Shown piece by piece: positions 14,524 to 23,922 of a DNA stretch of 32,000 nucleotides. Source of the DNA: Candidatus Nanosynbacter sp. BB002 (GTDB taxonomy: Bacteria; Patescibacteriota; Saccharimonadia; Saccharimonadales; Saccharimonadaceae). The translations under genes and the position numbers were made by a program. Where the stretch lies: NCBI RefSeq assembly GCF_037013405.1, contig NZ_CP146064.1, positions 480,001 through 512,000 on the forward strand, written 5' to 3'. Below the pieces are notes generated by a model. It ran no database searches. It was given only the letters and a program-made list of their open reading frames with translations, and was not told where the DNA came from. Position 1 is the first letter of the stretch, and each line of letters starts with the position of its first letter.

Positions 14524-16146
14524 CTAAATGACGCGGTTCACTTCTTCTATGGTGGTTTCGCCACGAAGCGCCGCCAGCACACCAGCTTGCAGTAGCGTAA
14601 TAGTCCCCTGCTTTTTGGCAACTTCTTCAATAGCTTCGGCGTGGATATCAACAATATCTCCACGCAAAAACTTCTGAATTTCTTCAGTCACAATCAATTG
14701 TTCCATCACTGGGATGCGCCCCTTGTAACCAAACGGTGCTTCTGGCGTTGACACTGGTCGCCACAACTTAAATGTGTCCAAATCTGGGCAATCAACCGTG
14801 TCAGGAATTCCTTTCAGTGTCTCTTTCACCCAACGGCGAGTAGCTTCATCTGGCTCATACTCCTCTTTGCTCTCGTCATGCAGTCGCCTGACCAATCGCT
14901 GAGCAATCAACAAACGCACCGCCGAGCTAAAGATAGGATTTTGGCCAATCATATCAATCATACGGCTAAACGCCGCCGCTGTTGAATTGGCGTGAAATGA
15001 GCTCAGAACCAAGTGTCCGGTGATTGATGCCTGGATGGCGGTGCGGGCAGTTTCGTTGTCACGAATCTCACCAACCATCACGACGTCCGGGTCCATACGC
15101 AGCACACTACGAAGGCCGTCAGCAAATTCCTGACCAACCGTGGTGTCGATGGGGATTTGCGTAACACCAGGGATGGTATTTTCCACTGGATCTTCCAGGG
15201 TGATGATTTTACGATCAGTAGTGTTCAATGCGTTCAAAATGCTGTAAAGTGTGGTTGACTTACCAGACCCTGTCGGACCAACCATCAAAACCATGCCGCG
15301 TGGGTGTGAGATAACTTCATCAATTTGCGCACGTTCAGCCGGAGTGATACTCAACAAATCCAAATTCAACATGGCGGTATCAAAGTTAAACAAACGCATC
15401 ACCACATCTTGACCATACACTGTTGGCACTGCCTCAACACGCAAGTTCAGGAGGTGCGAAGCGCCGTCACGATAGATCTCCTGCTGCATGTGACCAGACT
15501 GCGGTTCGGTCGCAGCCGTGGAAATATTTGCGCGGGAAGCTAAGGTGGCCATGATAACACGGTAGCGGTCACGACTGAGCTCAGCCACTGGGTGCAGTGC
15601 GCCATCAACACGCATACGGATACGAATTGACTCACGCTGATTTTCAATGTGAATGTCGGATGCGCCTAGCCTGTCAGCTTGATCAACGATGTAGTTAAAG
15701 ACGTCATTTGAACTGACCGTTGCCAGTGTTTGACTCACCTGTTGCAGTGTTTCGCTGTCGCCCTCTTTGGCAATTTCGATATCATCATAGACGATACTCT
15801 TTGGCGGGTCGAACCGCAACATAAATGAACGAAAAGCCGCGCCTGATATCAAGAAAAAGTGTGCGACTTTACCAACTTCGCGATAATCCTTTGTCATTTT
15901 AGCAATCAACGACTGAGGCGTCTGCGAAGTTACACCAAAGCGGTACGACAAATCAGTGTCGTTGTGTGCCAGAGGAATGATGCGTCCTTTATACATCTCC
16001 TCAATTGTCAAAATGTCTCGTTCCAGCGGCAAATCAGCCTCAAAACTGCGAGTGTCTAAATATTGCAAACCTAAAATTGACGCTCGTTTCCTGGTAGCAT
16101 CTTCGTCTTGCTGGCGACGACGTATTTGAATAGAATCTTCATCCAT
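14524..16146 (-). CDS. pilB: type IV pilus / type II secretion assembly ATPase (GspE/PilB family)
   Basis: It has an N-terminal T2SSE_N-like region, Walker A (GPTGSGKST) and conserved Asp/His boxes. The start is set at ATG 16144-16146, preceded by TGcTATAAT-gttggtg. The track ORF extension would overlap the divergent gene. Confidence 0.8.
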   Translation of the reverse strand: MDEDSIQIRRRQQDEDATRKRASILGLQYLDTRSFEADLPLERDILTIEEMYKGRIIPLAHNDTDLSYRFGVTSQTPQSLIAKMTKDYREVGKVAHFFLISGAAFRSFMLRFDPPKSIVYDDIEIAKEGDSETLQQVSQTLATVSSNDVFNYIVDQADRLGASDIHIENQRESIRIRMRVDGALHPVAELSRDRYRVIMATLASRANISTAATEPQSGHMQQEIYRDGASHLLNLRVEAVPTVYGQDVVMRLFNFDTAMLNLDLLSITPAERAQIDEVISHPRGMVLMVGPTGSGKSTTLYSILNALNTTDRKIITLEDPVENTIPGVTQIPIDTTVGQEFADGLRSVLRMDPDVVMVGEIRDNETARTAIQASITGHLVLSSFHANSTAAAFSRMIDMIGQNPIFSSAVRLLIAQRLVRRLHDESKEEYEPDEATRRWVKETLKGIPDTVDCPDLDTFKLWRPVSTPEAPFGYKGRIPVMEQLIVTEEIQKFLRGDIVDIHAEAIEEVAKKQGTITLLQAGVLAALRGETTIEEVNRVI

Positions 16147-16153
16147 CACCAAC

Positions 16154-16162
16154 ATTATAGCA
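16154..16162 (-). promoter_or_regulatory. extended -10 (TGcTATAAT), 7 nt upstream of the pilB ATG
   Basis: The minus strand reads ttTGcTATAATgttggtgATG. Confidence 0.55.
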
Positions 16163-16183
16163 AAGTGCTTATGATTTAGCGAA

Positions 16184-16192
16184 TGATATAAT
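16184..16192 (+). promoter_or_regulatory. extended -10 (TGaTATAAT), 6 nt upstream of ATG 16199
   Basis: The sequence reads gaaTGaTATAATaagttcATG. Confidence 0.6.
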
Positions 16193-16198
16193 AAGTTC

Positions 16199-16711
16199 AT
16201 GCGACCAGAAATTACGCTTATTTTGCACAATATCCGTTCGACCCACAATGTCGGCGCTATCTTTCGCACAGCAGAAGGCCTGGGAGTAAAGCACATCGTC
16301 ATCAGCGGCTATACTCCATTTCCAGATTTGGCGATCATCAATCAACCAGACCCGCGACTACCGCACCTGGTTGAGAAAATAACCAAGCAAATTCACAAAA
16401 CAGCACTAGGCGCTGAGCAAATGGTTCCCTTTAGACGCTATGAAACTCTGGAGGAGTGGCTGGAGGAAAATGAGCGCACCGGCAACCTACCAGTCATCGC
16501 ACTGGAGCAAGCGCCAGATAGTACTTCACTACCAGATTTTATTCCACCAAAAGCGTTCGCGTTGCTGCTGGGCGAAGAAGTCGATGGCATATTGGCCGAA
16601 CATTTAGCGCGCTGTGCCGCGACAGTAGAAATCCCAATGTTTGGCACTAAAGAATCATTCAATGTCAGCGTTGCCTGCGGCATGGCACTATACCAGATGA
16701 TATGCCGCTGA
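16199..16711 (+). CDS. SpoU/TrmH-family RNA 2'-O-methyltransferase
   Basis: 170 aa with HNIRSTHNVGAIFRTAEGLGV, LLGEEVDGI and IPMFGTKESFNVSVACGMALYQ, which are the SPOUT motifs. Confidence 0.8.
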   Translation: MRPEITLILHNIRSTHNVGAIFRTAEGLGVKHIVISGYTPFPDLAIINQPDPRLPHLVEKITKQIHKTALGAEQMVPFRRYETLEEWLEENERTGNLPVIALEQAPDSTSLPDFIPPKAFALLLGEEVDGILAEHLARCAATVEIPMFGTKESFNVSVACGMALYQMICR

Positions 16712-16714
16712 TGA

Positions 16715-19700
16715 TTATGTCAATTTGATACATTCTTCGCCCAACAACGCCTTCAGTTCTTCAAGTAGCTGAGCTGCTGGATCGACTTTGAACGGCAAGC
16801 GAATGGCAGACTTGTGGTCATTCTCGCCAAGCACCAACACAACATCGGTGATCCCTGGTGATGTTGAGCAGATCTTTTTGAGGGAGATCAGTTTGTCGTG
16901 ATCACTCGGATCTTTTACTTGCAGAAACAGGCGCGCAGGTGGCGTCTCGGGAGCTGCTGGCTGAGGAACTGACTTGGATGCATGTGACGATTTGGCGGTA
17001 GCTGGAGCGACGGTCTTGGTTTTTTGAGCACGGAAATTCGCACGTTTTTCCTTTTTGTACTGGGCGCTTACTTTTGGTGCGTCCATTTTACGACCAGTCG
17101 ATTCATAGCTGGTGATATCACTGTCGGTGATAATCTCAATCTCATCAGCAATCATCTTACTTTCTGACCCCAAATTACCGTCACGGTCGCGGGCTGAATT
17201 TTTACCAGTCACCCGAATGACAGCGTCCTGGACGAGTTTGGCGCCAACTTGCTCATACAAATTTGGAAAAATGATCACTTCACCCTCGCCAAATTTGTCC
17301 TCTAACCCCACAAAGGCCATTTTGCTGCCAGATTTGGTGATGATAGTGCGAACGTTCGTGATGATGCCACCAATTGTCATGAGTCGGCCATCGTATTCTG
17401 GCACCAGCTGGGTCAACGGCTGTGTTTGCTCAAGCAAATATGTCGCGTAGGCGTCCAAAGGATGCGCTGAGATATACAAGCCCATCAGCTCGCGTTCCCA
17501 CGTCAAGTATTCCTTTTCGTTTTTGTTTGGCGACGGCATTAACTGCATGGTCGGCTGAGCCACAGCCGCGTCATCACCTAACATGCCAAACAAATCGGTC
17601 TGCCCACTCGCCGCTTCTTTTTGAACTTTTTGCGCAAAGGCGGTGATGGTATCTAGGTTAAACAATAAGTCGTGGCGATCACCAAAGCTATCAAATGCGC
17701 CACATTTAATGAGCGATTCCCAAGCTTTGCGGTTAAACTTGCTGGTCGACACGCGTTTGGCGAAATCTTCGATGCTAGTGAATTTACCGTCTTCACGGGC
17801 GCGCAACAATTCTTCGACTGCGCCGACACCAACGCCCTTGACCGCCGCCATACCAAAACGAATCTTCTTTTCGCCAGGCACGACCGCGAATTCAACGAAC
17901 GACTCATTGACGTCAGGGTTAAGCACTTCGATGCCCATGTGCTTACATTCGGTCATCTCGATAGCCAGGCGTTCGGTGTCGTCCTGGTCGCTAGTCATCA
18001 GCGCCGCCATAAACGCATCAGGATAGTGCGCCTTGAGGTACGCCGTCCAGTAGGCGATCAGGCCGTAACATGCCGCGTGCGACTTATTGAAACAGTAGTT
18101 AGCAAATTCCTCCAGCGCATCCCAGAACTGCTCAGCAATTTCCTTGGTCGCACCACCAACTTTAACCGCACCCTCGACGAACTCCGGCTTGACCTTTTTC
18201 ATCAGGTCGATTTTCTTTTTACCCACCGCTTTACGCAGAGTGTCCGCCTGTCCGCCGGTAAAGCCACACCACTCTTTGGAAATCTGCATAAATTGTTCCT
18301 GGTAAACCAAAATACCGTAGGTATTCTTCAACGAGTTTTCCATACCAGGGTGCAGATAGGTAATCTCTTCTTCGCCGTGCTTACGCTTGATGAATGAGTC
18401 GATAAACTGCATCGGCCCCGGGCGGTACAACGCCACCATGGCGATGATGTCTTCAAAGACGCTCGGTTTGAGCTCACGCAGGTACCGCTTCATGCCGGCC
18501 GATTCCAACTGGAACACGCCAGTGGTATCGCCACACTGGAATAGTTGATACGTTTCCGCATCGTCCAGCGGCAAGTGAGATAGATCAATGTCCGTTTCAT
18601 ACACTTTACGGATAATGCGCAGCGCGTTGTTGATGATAGACAAGTTAGACAGGCCCAAAAAGTCCATCTTCAATAGCCCCAGTTCCTCGACCGGGCCCAT
18701 CGGATACTGCGTTGCCACCACACCCTTTTGCGCCATCTCGAGCGGCACGTATTTCACCAAATCATCTGGCGCGATCACCACGCCGGCAGCATGCACGCCG
18801 TGCGAACGAATGGTCCCTTCTAGCCGTGAGGCAAAGTCATAAACCGTCTTAGCGGTTGGGTTGGTCTCGTATTCTTTTTTAAGGTCAGGGTCTTCCTCCA
18901 GCGACTTTTTGATCGGTACATGGCGACCCTGGACTGGCGGTGGGATGAGCTTGGCCAGCCGGTCAGATTCACCGTATGGAACTTGCAATACCCGCGCCAC
19001 GTCACGCACCGAGGCACGCGCTGCCATGGTGCCAAAAGTACAAATATTGGCGACTCGTTCTGAACCGTATTTCTTGGCACAATATTCGATAACCTCGCCG
19101 CGGCGTGTATCTTGAATGTCGATATCGATATCAGGCATGGAGATACGGTCGGGGTTGAGGAAACGCTCGAACAGCAGGTCATAATGCAGCGGATCAAGGT
19201 CAGTAATGTTCAGCGCATAGGCGATGATTGAGCCAGCCGCCGAACCACGCCCTGGACCGAAAATAATCCCTTGAGATTTTCCCCAGTTGATAAAGTCCTG
19301 AACGATGAGAAAGTAGCCGTTATAACCCATCTTATCGAGCACGCCAAACTCCATGTCTAGCCGCTCAATTTGATCGTCAGACAACATGGCACGCAGCTCA
19401 TCGTTTGGCAGTTTCTTTGCGTCCTCCAACTTCATGCCAGCGTACCGCGCCGCCATGCCGCTATACACCAGATGATCCAGATATTCTTTTTCAGACTCGC
19501 CGTTTGGCGTCGGGAATTTCGGGATGAGAATATCGCCCAGTTTGATCTCCACGTCACAGCGGTCGGCGATGGCTTTAGTGTTGGCAATTGCTTGTGGGTT
19601 GGTTTTTTGCCACCGCGAAATAATGTCTTCTGGTGTCGTCAAATGCAGCTCAAAATCTTTCAAGCTCATCCGCTTTTCATCACTCAAATACGCACCAGTA

Positions 19701-20440
19701 CCAACGCACAGCAAAATCTCATGCGCCTCTTGGTCTTCGTGATTGAGGTAATGGCCATCGCTGGTCACCACACACGGAATGTCCAGTTCCTCGCTGATGC
19801 GCTCGATGTAATCATTGACCTTTTTCTGCTCTGGCCAGTGGCTGCGCGCCTCGGGGTGGCCGTGATCTTGCAGCTCCATGTAGTAGCGATCGCCAAAGAC
19901 TGACTTATACCAGCCAGCAATTTCCTTAGCCTTGTCATAATCATCATTGCGCAGATTCTCGCCCAGCTCACCACCGATACAGCCGGACATACAGATGATA
20001 CCTTCATTGTATTGCTCCAGGAGCTCATGGTCAATGCGCGGTTTGTAGTAGACGCCTTCGAGATTAGCGATGGTACTGAGCTGCATCAGGTTTTGATAGC
20101 CCTTGTGGTTCATGGCCAGCAGCGTCAAGTGATAGCGCGCCTTGTCCTTAGCTGGGTCGCGGTCGTGACGACTCCGCGCCGCCACGTAGGTTTCGATGCC
20201 GATGATTGGCTTAATACCAGCACTCTTGGCTGCTTTATAAAACTCAATGACGCCTGACATCGTGCCATGATCAGTGATAGCACAAGCTTCCATGCCGAGC
20301 TCCTTTACTCGGGCGACCATGTCAGGAATCTTGGTTAATCCATCGAGCAGTGAGTGGTGAGTGTGATTGTGCAGGTGTACATAATCAGACGGTTTCAAAA
20401 CCGCCGACGTACCGCCGTTATTCTTCCCCTCTGTCGTCAT
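16715..20440 (-). CDS. dnaE: DNA polymerase III alpha subunit
   Basis: 1241 aa with an N-terminal PHP domain (VHLHNHTHHSLLDG), a polymerase core and an OB fold. A Lys/Ala/Pro-rich linker leads to a small C-terminal domain. Confidence 0.9.
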   Translation of the reverse strand: MTTEGKNNGGTSAVLKPSDYVHLHNHTHHSLLDGLTKIPDMVARVKELGMEACAITDHGTMSGVIEFYKAAKSAGIKPIIGIETYVAARSRHDRDPAKDKARYHLTLLAMNHKGYQNLMQLSTIANLEGVYYKPRIDHELLEQYNEGIICMSGCIGGELGENLRNDDYDKAKEIAGWYKSVFGDRYYMELQDHGHPEARSHWPEQKKVNDYIERISEELDIPCVVTSDGHYLNHEDQEAHEILLCVGTGAYLSDEKRMSLKDFELHLTTPEDIISRWQKTNPQAIANTKAIADRCDVEIKLGDILIPKFPTPNGESEKEYLDHLVYSGMAARYAGMKLEDAKKLPNDELRAMLSDDQIERLDMEFGVLDKMGYNGYFLIVQDFINWGKSQGIIFGPGRGSAAGSIIAYALNITDLDPLHYDLLFERFLNPDRISMPDIDIDIQDTRRGEVIEYCAKKYGSERVANICTFGTMAARASVRDVARVLQVPYGESDRLAKLIPPPVQGRHVPIKKSLEEDPDLKKEYETNPTAKTVYDFASRLEGTIRSHGVHAAGVVIAPDDLVKYVPLEMAQKGVVATQYPMGPVEELGLLKMDFLGLSNLSIINNALRIIRKVYETDIDLSHLPLDDAETYQLFQCGDTTGVFQLESAGMKRYLRELKPSVFEDIIAMVALYRPGPMQFIDSFIKRKHGEEEITYLHPGMENSLKNTYGILVYQEQFMQISKEWCGFTGGQADTLRKAVGKKKIDLMKKVKPEFVEGAVKVGGATKEIAEQFWDALEEFANYCFNKSHAACYGLIAYWTAYLKAHYPDAFMAALMTSDQDDTERLAIEMTECKHMGIEVLNPDVNESFVEFAVVPGEKKIRFGMAAVKGVGVGAVEELLRAREDGKFTSIEDFAKRVSTSKFNRKAWESLIKCGAFDSFGDRHDLLFNLDTITAFAQKVQKEAASGQTDLFGMLGDDAAVAQPTMQLMPSPNKNEKEYLTWERELMGLYISAHPLDAYATYLLEQTQPLTQLVPEYDGRLMTIGGIITNVRTIITKSGSKMAFVGLEDKFGEGEVIIFPNLYEQVGAKLVQDAVIRVTGKNSARDRDGNLGSESKMIADEIEIITDSDITSYESTGRKMDAPKVSAQYKKEKRANFRAQKTKTVAPATAKSSHASKSVPQPAAPETPPARLFLQVKDPSDHDKLISLKKICSTSPGITDVVLVLGENDHKSAIRLPFKVDPAAQLLEELKALLGEECIKLT

Positions 20441-20447
20441 TAGTCTT

Positions 20448-20456
20448 AGTATAGCA
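20448..20456 (-). promoter_or_regulatory. extended -10 (TGcTATACT), 7 nt upstream of the dnaE ATG
   Basis: The minus strand reads cgTGcTATACTaagactaATG. Confidence 0.5.
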
Positions 20457-20458
20457 CG

Positions 20459-20764
20459 TTAGCGGCGACTCTGCATGGTGTTGATCAGTGTATTGAAGAA
20501 GTCAGCAAGTGGTGGGAACACATCAACTAGATGACCCAATACCCAGACAAGAATGGTTACCGAAAGAGTGGCGCCTAGCACTGAGCCAAAGCCAAAAAAG
20601 ATGCCACGCCAAAAGTTCATGCCGTAAACCTGACGGCGAGAACGGTGAAAATCAAAAAACAAGTCTTCTAAAATTGCCTGACGGGCGCCATTTTCATTGT
20701 CACGAATGACTTTTTTAGTAGCCCTTTGTATTAATGACTTTTCTGAAGTATTATTTTTGCCCAC
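20459..20764 (-). CDS. small membrane protein (DUF5665-like)
   Basis: 101 aa. NFWRGIFFGFGSVLGATLSVTILVWVLG resembles the DUF5665 pattern as I recall it. The start is GTG with an upstream GAAAGG. Confidence 0.55.
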   Translation of the reverse strand: MGKNNTSEKSLIQRATKKVIRDNENGARQAILEDLFFDFHRSRRQVYGMNFWRGIFFGFGSVLGATLSVTILVWVLGHLVDVFPPLADFFNTLINTMQSRR

Positions 20765-20990
20765 GTTTTGCCTTTCGCGTAAACTTTTTCATCAGCGCTC
20801 CAAATGCCAAGGCTGAAGAAACAACCGAAAGCATTGATGATGCTTCGGTGTAATTCTGCTGGATAGCTCGTGAGTGCTGCATGGTTTTTTGGACATGACG
20901 ACTCAGGCTGATCACCAAACACATCAATGTGATGACGATGATCATCAAGGTAACCAAAACAATTGACAAAATGATAACGATCTCATTCAT
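20751..20990 (-). CDS. small membrane protein, unknown function
   Basis: 79 aa with an N-terminal TM helix (IVIILSIVLVTLMIIVITLMCLVI) and a basic C-terminus. TATAAT-agcacc precedes the ATG. It overlaps the downstream gene by 14 nt. Confidence 0.5.
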   Translation of the reverse strand: MNEIVIILSIVLVTLMIIVITLMCLVISLSRHVQKTMQHSRAIQQNYTEASSMLSVVSSALAFGALMKKFTRKAKRGQK

Positions 20991-20996
20991 GGTGCT

Positions 20997-21002
20997 ATTA
21001 TA
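20997..21002 (-). promoter_or_regulatory. -10 box (TATAAT), 6 nt upstream of ATG 20988-20990
   Basis: The minus strand reads gcTATAATagcaccATG, abutting the galU stop. Confidence 0.45.
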
Positions 21003-21004
21003 GC

Positions 21005-21898
21005 CTATTTCAGCCGATCTGTCAGATGTTGACGAAGTGCCGGACCAAGTTTTTCATCTCGCAGCCCAAAGTCAATGATAGTTTTGAGATATTCAAGTTT
21101 ATCGCCGGTGTCATAATACGTGCCGTTGGTGATTTCCACGCCATAGAAGTTATGCCCTTCATCAATCATGCGCTGCATAATCGGCTGAATGGCAAACTCA
21201 CCGTGGCCATTAAACTCCTGGCGGGCGCGCTCCAAGTACGGGAAGAAATCAGCCGCCAGCAAATAGCTACTCACACTAGCCAAATCACTCGGTGCGTTGG
21301 CTTTACCCGGCTTCTCAACGATGTTTGTGATGGCAATCGTCCCGTCATCGAGTTGTTGACCAGCCGCGATACCATAGCGATCAAACTCTGCGTCATCGAT
21401 GATTTTTTTGCAGGACAGCACTGCGCCATCCAATTTTTCTGCAGCAGCAATCATCTGTTGAAAACGGCTTGGTGTCGCGTCGATAAAGTCGTCAGCAAAC
21501 GTATAAATCACTGGCTCGTCCGGCCCAATCAAATGCGCAGCACATGCCAAAGGAGTCGCGTTACCATATGGACCTTTTTGGCGAACGTACACAAAGTTAG
21601 CCATTTCCGACAGTGAGTGAACCAGGTCAATCAACGGGCGCTTCTTGTCACCACCAGCCCGCAAATTCGCTAACAAATCTTCGTTCGGCACGTCAAAATG
21701 ATCCTCAATGGCGCGCTTGTTGGCGCTTCCGACGATGATGATGTCGCGAATACCGGCAGCAACCAGCTCCTCTACGACATATTGGATGATTGGCTTGTCA
21801 ATCAGTGGCATCATCTCCTTGGGCATCGCTTTGGTTTGCGGTAAAAACCTGGTACCAAATCCCGCCGCTGCAATCACTGCTTTTGTCGGTTTTCTCAT
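21005..21898 (-). CDS. galU: UTP--glucose-1-phosphate uridylyltransferase
   Basis: KAVIAAAGFGTRFLPQTKAMPKEMMPLIDKPIIQYVVEE is the canonical GalU N-terminus. Confidence 0.9.
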   Translation of the reverse strand: MRKPTKAVIAAAGFGTRFLPQTKAMPKEMMPLIDKPIIQYVVEELVAAGIRDIIIVGSANKRAIEDHFDVPNEDLLANLRAGGDKKRPLIDLVHSLSEMANFVYVRQKGPYGNATPLACAAHLIGPDEPVIYTFADDFIDATPSRFQQMIAAAEKLDGAVLSCKKIIDDAEFDRYGIAAGQQLDDGTIAITNIVEKPGKANAPSDLASVSSYLLAADFFPYLERARQEFNGHGEFAIQPIMQRMIDEGHNFYGVEITNGTYYDTGDKLEYLKTIIDFGLRDEKLGPALRQHLTDRLK

Positions 21899-22455
21899 AT
21901 CTCGTTCTCCTTTGCTATCGCCTTATTCATCAAAAAATCTTTCACTATATCTCGCAGTGCCGCATAATCCAAATTCTCCGAATCAACAGTCACCGTTGTG
22001 ATATTATCTGCAACCAGTGGACGATATTTGTCACGAATTTCGTGTTCCGTCAATTTATCATACAAATCATCAGTGTGCACTGAGTGGCGATTGCCAGACC
22101 GCCTGCGAGCATAAAATCGCCGCTTTACTTCCGCCAATCCACACGTCACATAAATCTGCAGAATTGGCTGATGAGAGCTATGCTGCAAAATCTTTTCGGC
22201 AGCTGATGTCTGCAATGCAGACTCAATGATGATCTGCTCGCCCAATTTCTCAAATTCAATACCCAATTCCAAAACCGCCCGTCGAGTCACACGACCCAAG
22301 GCGCTACTCTGCTGATCAGTATAAGTCCCACCCAGATGGTCAGCCAAAAACTCTTTGACAGCATCTTGCGCGACGCCACGCACTCCCACATCTTGCATCA
22401 GACGCTTTGCTAACGTCGTTTTGCCAGACCCAGGGATGCCAGTGACGATGATCAT
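21895..22455 (-). CDS. P-loop NTPase / predicted kinase (AAA_33-like)
   Basis: It begins MIIVTGIPGSGKTTLAKRL (Walker A) and is 186 aa. Its stop overlaps the galU start (ATGA). Confidence 0.65.
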   Translation of the reverse strand: MIIVTGIPGSGKTTLAKRLMQDVGVRGVAQDAVKEFLADHLGGTYTDQQSSALGRVTRRAVLELGIEFEKLGEQIIIESALQTSAAEKILQHSSHQPILQIYVTCGLAEVKRRFYARRRSGNRHSVHTDDLYDKLTEHEIRDKYRPLVADNITTVTVDSENLDYAALRDIVKDFLMNKAIAKENEI

Positions 22456-22458
22456 CAG

Positions 22459-23922
22459 CTATAGCCTCTCGCGAATCAGCTTCTGCGCCAAGCTTGGGTT
22501 GGCCTGACCCTTGGAGCGCTTCATGACTTGACCGACCAAATAGCCGATGGCTTTGTCCTTGCCGGCTTTAATGTCGGCTATGGAAGCTGCCGAGGCTGGG
22601 TCGCTCAATACTTCATCAACGATAGCAGCGATAGCGCCTTCGTCAGATACCTGCAACAGATTCCTTTCTTCGGCAAACTCGCGTGGATCATCTGTTGTGT
22701 TTGAAACAACCGCAATAAACACCTCCTTCGCAGCCGTACTCGAGAGCTCTCCCTGGTCAACCAAATCGGATAACTTAATAAGACTTTCCAATTTAGGCAC
22801 AACACCAGAAATATCAATCGCGTCACAATCACCCCGTTCTATGGTTACGGCAGTATTGACTGACGCAAACCAATTCGCTATTCGCCTAGCTGTAGGAGCA
22901 CCTTTCCGATCAAGGGCACCAAGAACAATGTCGACATATGGCTTAAAGTCCATGATGGTGTAAACGACGGATTTATCAACGTTCAGTACGCTTAATTTTT
23001 CACGATATTCACCCGGCAACATCGGCACCTCAGCCTGAATCCGCGCAATCTCCTCATCGCTCAGTACCACTGGCGGGATGTCGGCATCAGGCATGTAGCG
23101 ATAATCCTGGGCGTCTTCTTTCGAACGCTGCGAAGTAGTAATTTGCTTGTCATCACTCCAACCACGAGTTTCCTGCACCACTTGTTCACCGCTCTCCAGC
23201 AAGTCAACTTGGCGTTTAAACTCGTATTCAGCGGCACGCTCGACGCTGCGGAATGAATTAAGGTTTTTAACTTCCGCACGCTTACCGAGCTCTGTCGCGC
23301 CCTTTTTAGCCACCGAGATATTAACATCAAACCGCATGTTGCCGTGATACAAATCACCGTGCGTCACGCCAGCATAGACCATCAATTTGTGCAGCTCCGA
23401 AGCGTAGGCTTTGGCCTCCTCGGCAGAATGTATATCCGGCTCAGAAACAATTTCTATCAGCGGCGTGCCAGCGCGGTTGAGATCAACCAGCGAGTAGCCA
23501 TCGTGGTGCGTCAATTTACCAGCGTCTTCCTCCATGTGCGCGTGATGAATTCGCACTCGTTTGAGCGAGCCGTCTTCTAGCGGCGCATCGACATAGCCAG
23601 CCAAAATGATCGGCTGATACATCTGCGAGGTCTGATAACCCTTTGGCAGGTCAGGGTAGAAATAATGCTTGCGATCAAACCGGCTAACGCGGGCAATCGG
23701 CGCGTTCAACGCTTTACCGGCGCGCACTGCTAGCTCGACGGCGTGCTTATTCAGCACCGGCAGCATGCCTGGCAGACCAAAGTCAATCTCGTGCGTTTTT
23801 TCGTTCGGCTCAGCATTACGCGCGTCGTTATCAGCCGGACTAAACAGTTTGGTTTTGGTCGCCAGCTGGACATGGCACTCGATGCCAATGGTCATTTCAT
23901 ATTCATCATATACACTCATCAT
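22459..23922 (-). CDS. gatB: Asp-tRNA(Asn)/Glu-tRNA(Gln) amidotransferase subunit B
   Basis: It has MTIGIECHVQLATKTKLFS and a C-terminal GatB/YqeY domain. Confidence 0.9.
   Translation of the reverse strand: MMSVYDEYEMTIGIECHVQLATKTKLFSPADNDARNAEPNEKTHEIDFGLPGMLPVLNKHAVELAVRAGKALNAPIARVSRFDRKHYFYPDLPKGYQTSQMYQPIILAGYVDAPLEDGSLKRVRIHHAHMEEDAGKLTHHDGYSLVDLNRAGTPLIEIVSEPDIHSAEEAKAYASELHKLMVYAGVTHGDLYHGNMRFDVNISVAKKGATELGKRAEVKNLNSFRSVERAAEYEFKRQVDLLESGEQVVQETRGWSDDKQITTSQRSKEDAQDYRYMPDADIPPVVLSDEEIARIQAEVPMLPGEYREKLSVLNVDKSVVYTIMDFKPYVDIVLGALDRKGAPTARRIANWFASVNTAVTIERGDCDAIDISGVVPKLESLIKLSDLVDQGELSSTAAKEVFIAVVSNTTDDPREFAEERNLLQVSDEGAIAAIVDEVLSDPASAASIADIKAGKDKAIGYLVGQVMKRSKGQANPSLAQKLIRERL

Noticed and set aside
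14516-14538. Hairpin AGCCGCG-cctaaatga-CGCGGTT between the convergent malic enzyme and pilB genes.
   Set aside because: The stem is short, the loop is 9 nt, and there is no T-run on either strand. It also overlaps the pilB stop codon. This is not convincing as an intrinsic terminator.
16147-16302. N-terminal extension of pilB overlapping the SpoU methyltransferase start.
   Set aside because: The extension would run through the divergent promoter region and 100 nt of the opposite gene. The internal ATG at 16144-16146 has TGcTATAAT 7 nt upstream and gives a typical T2SSE N-terminus.
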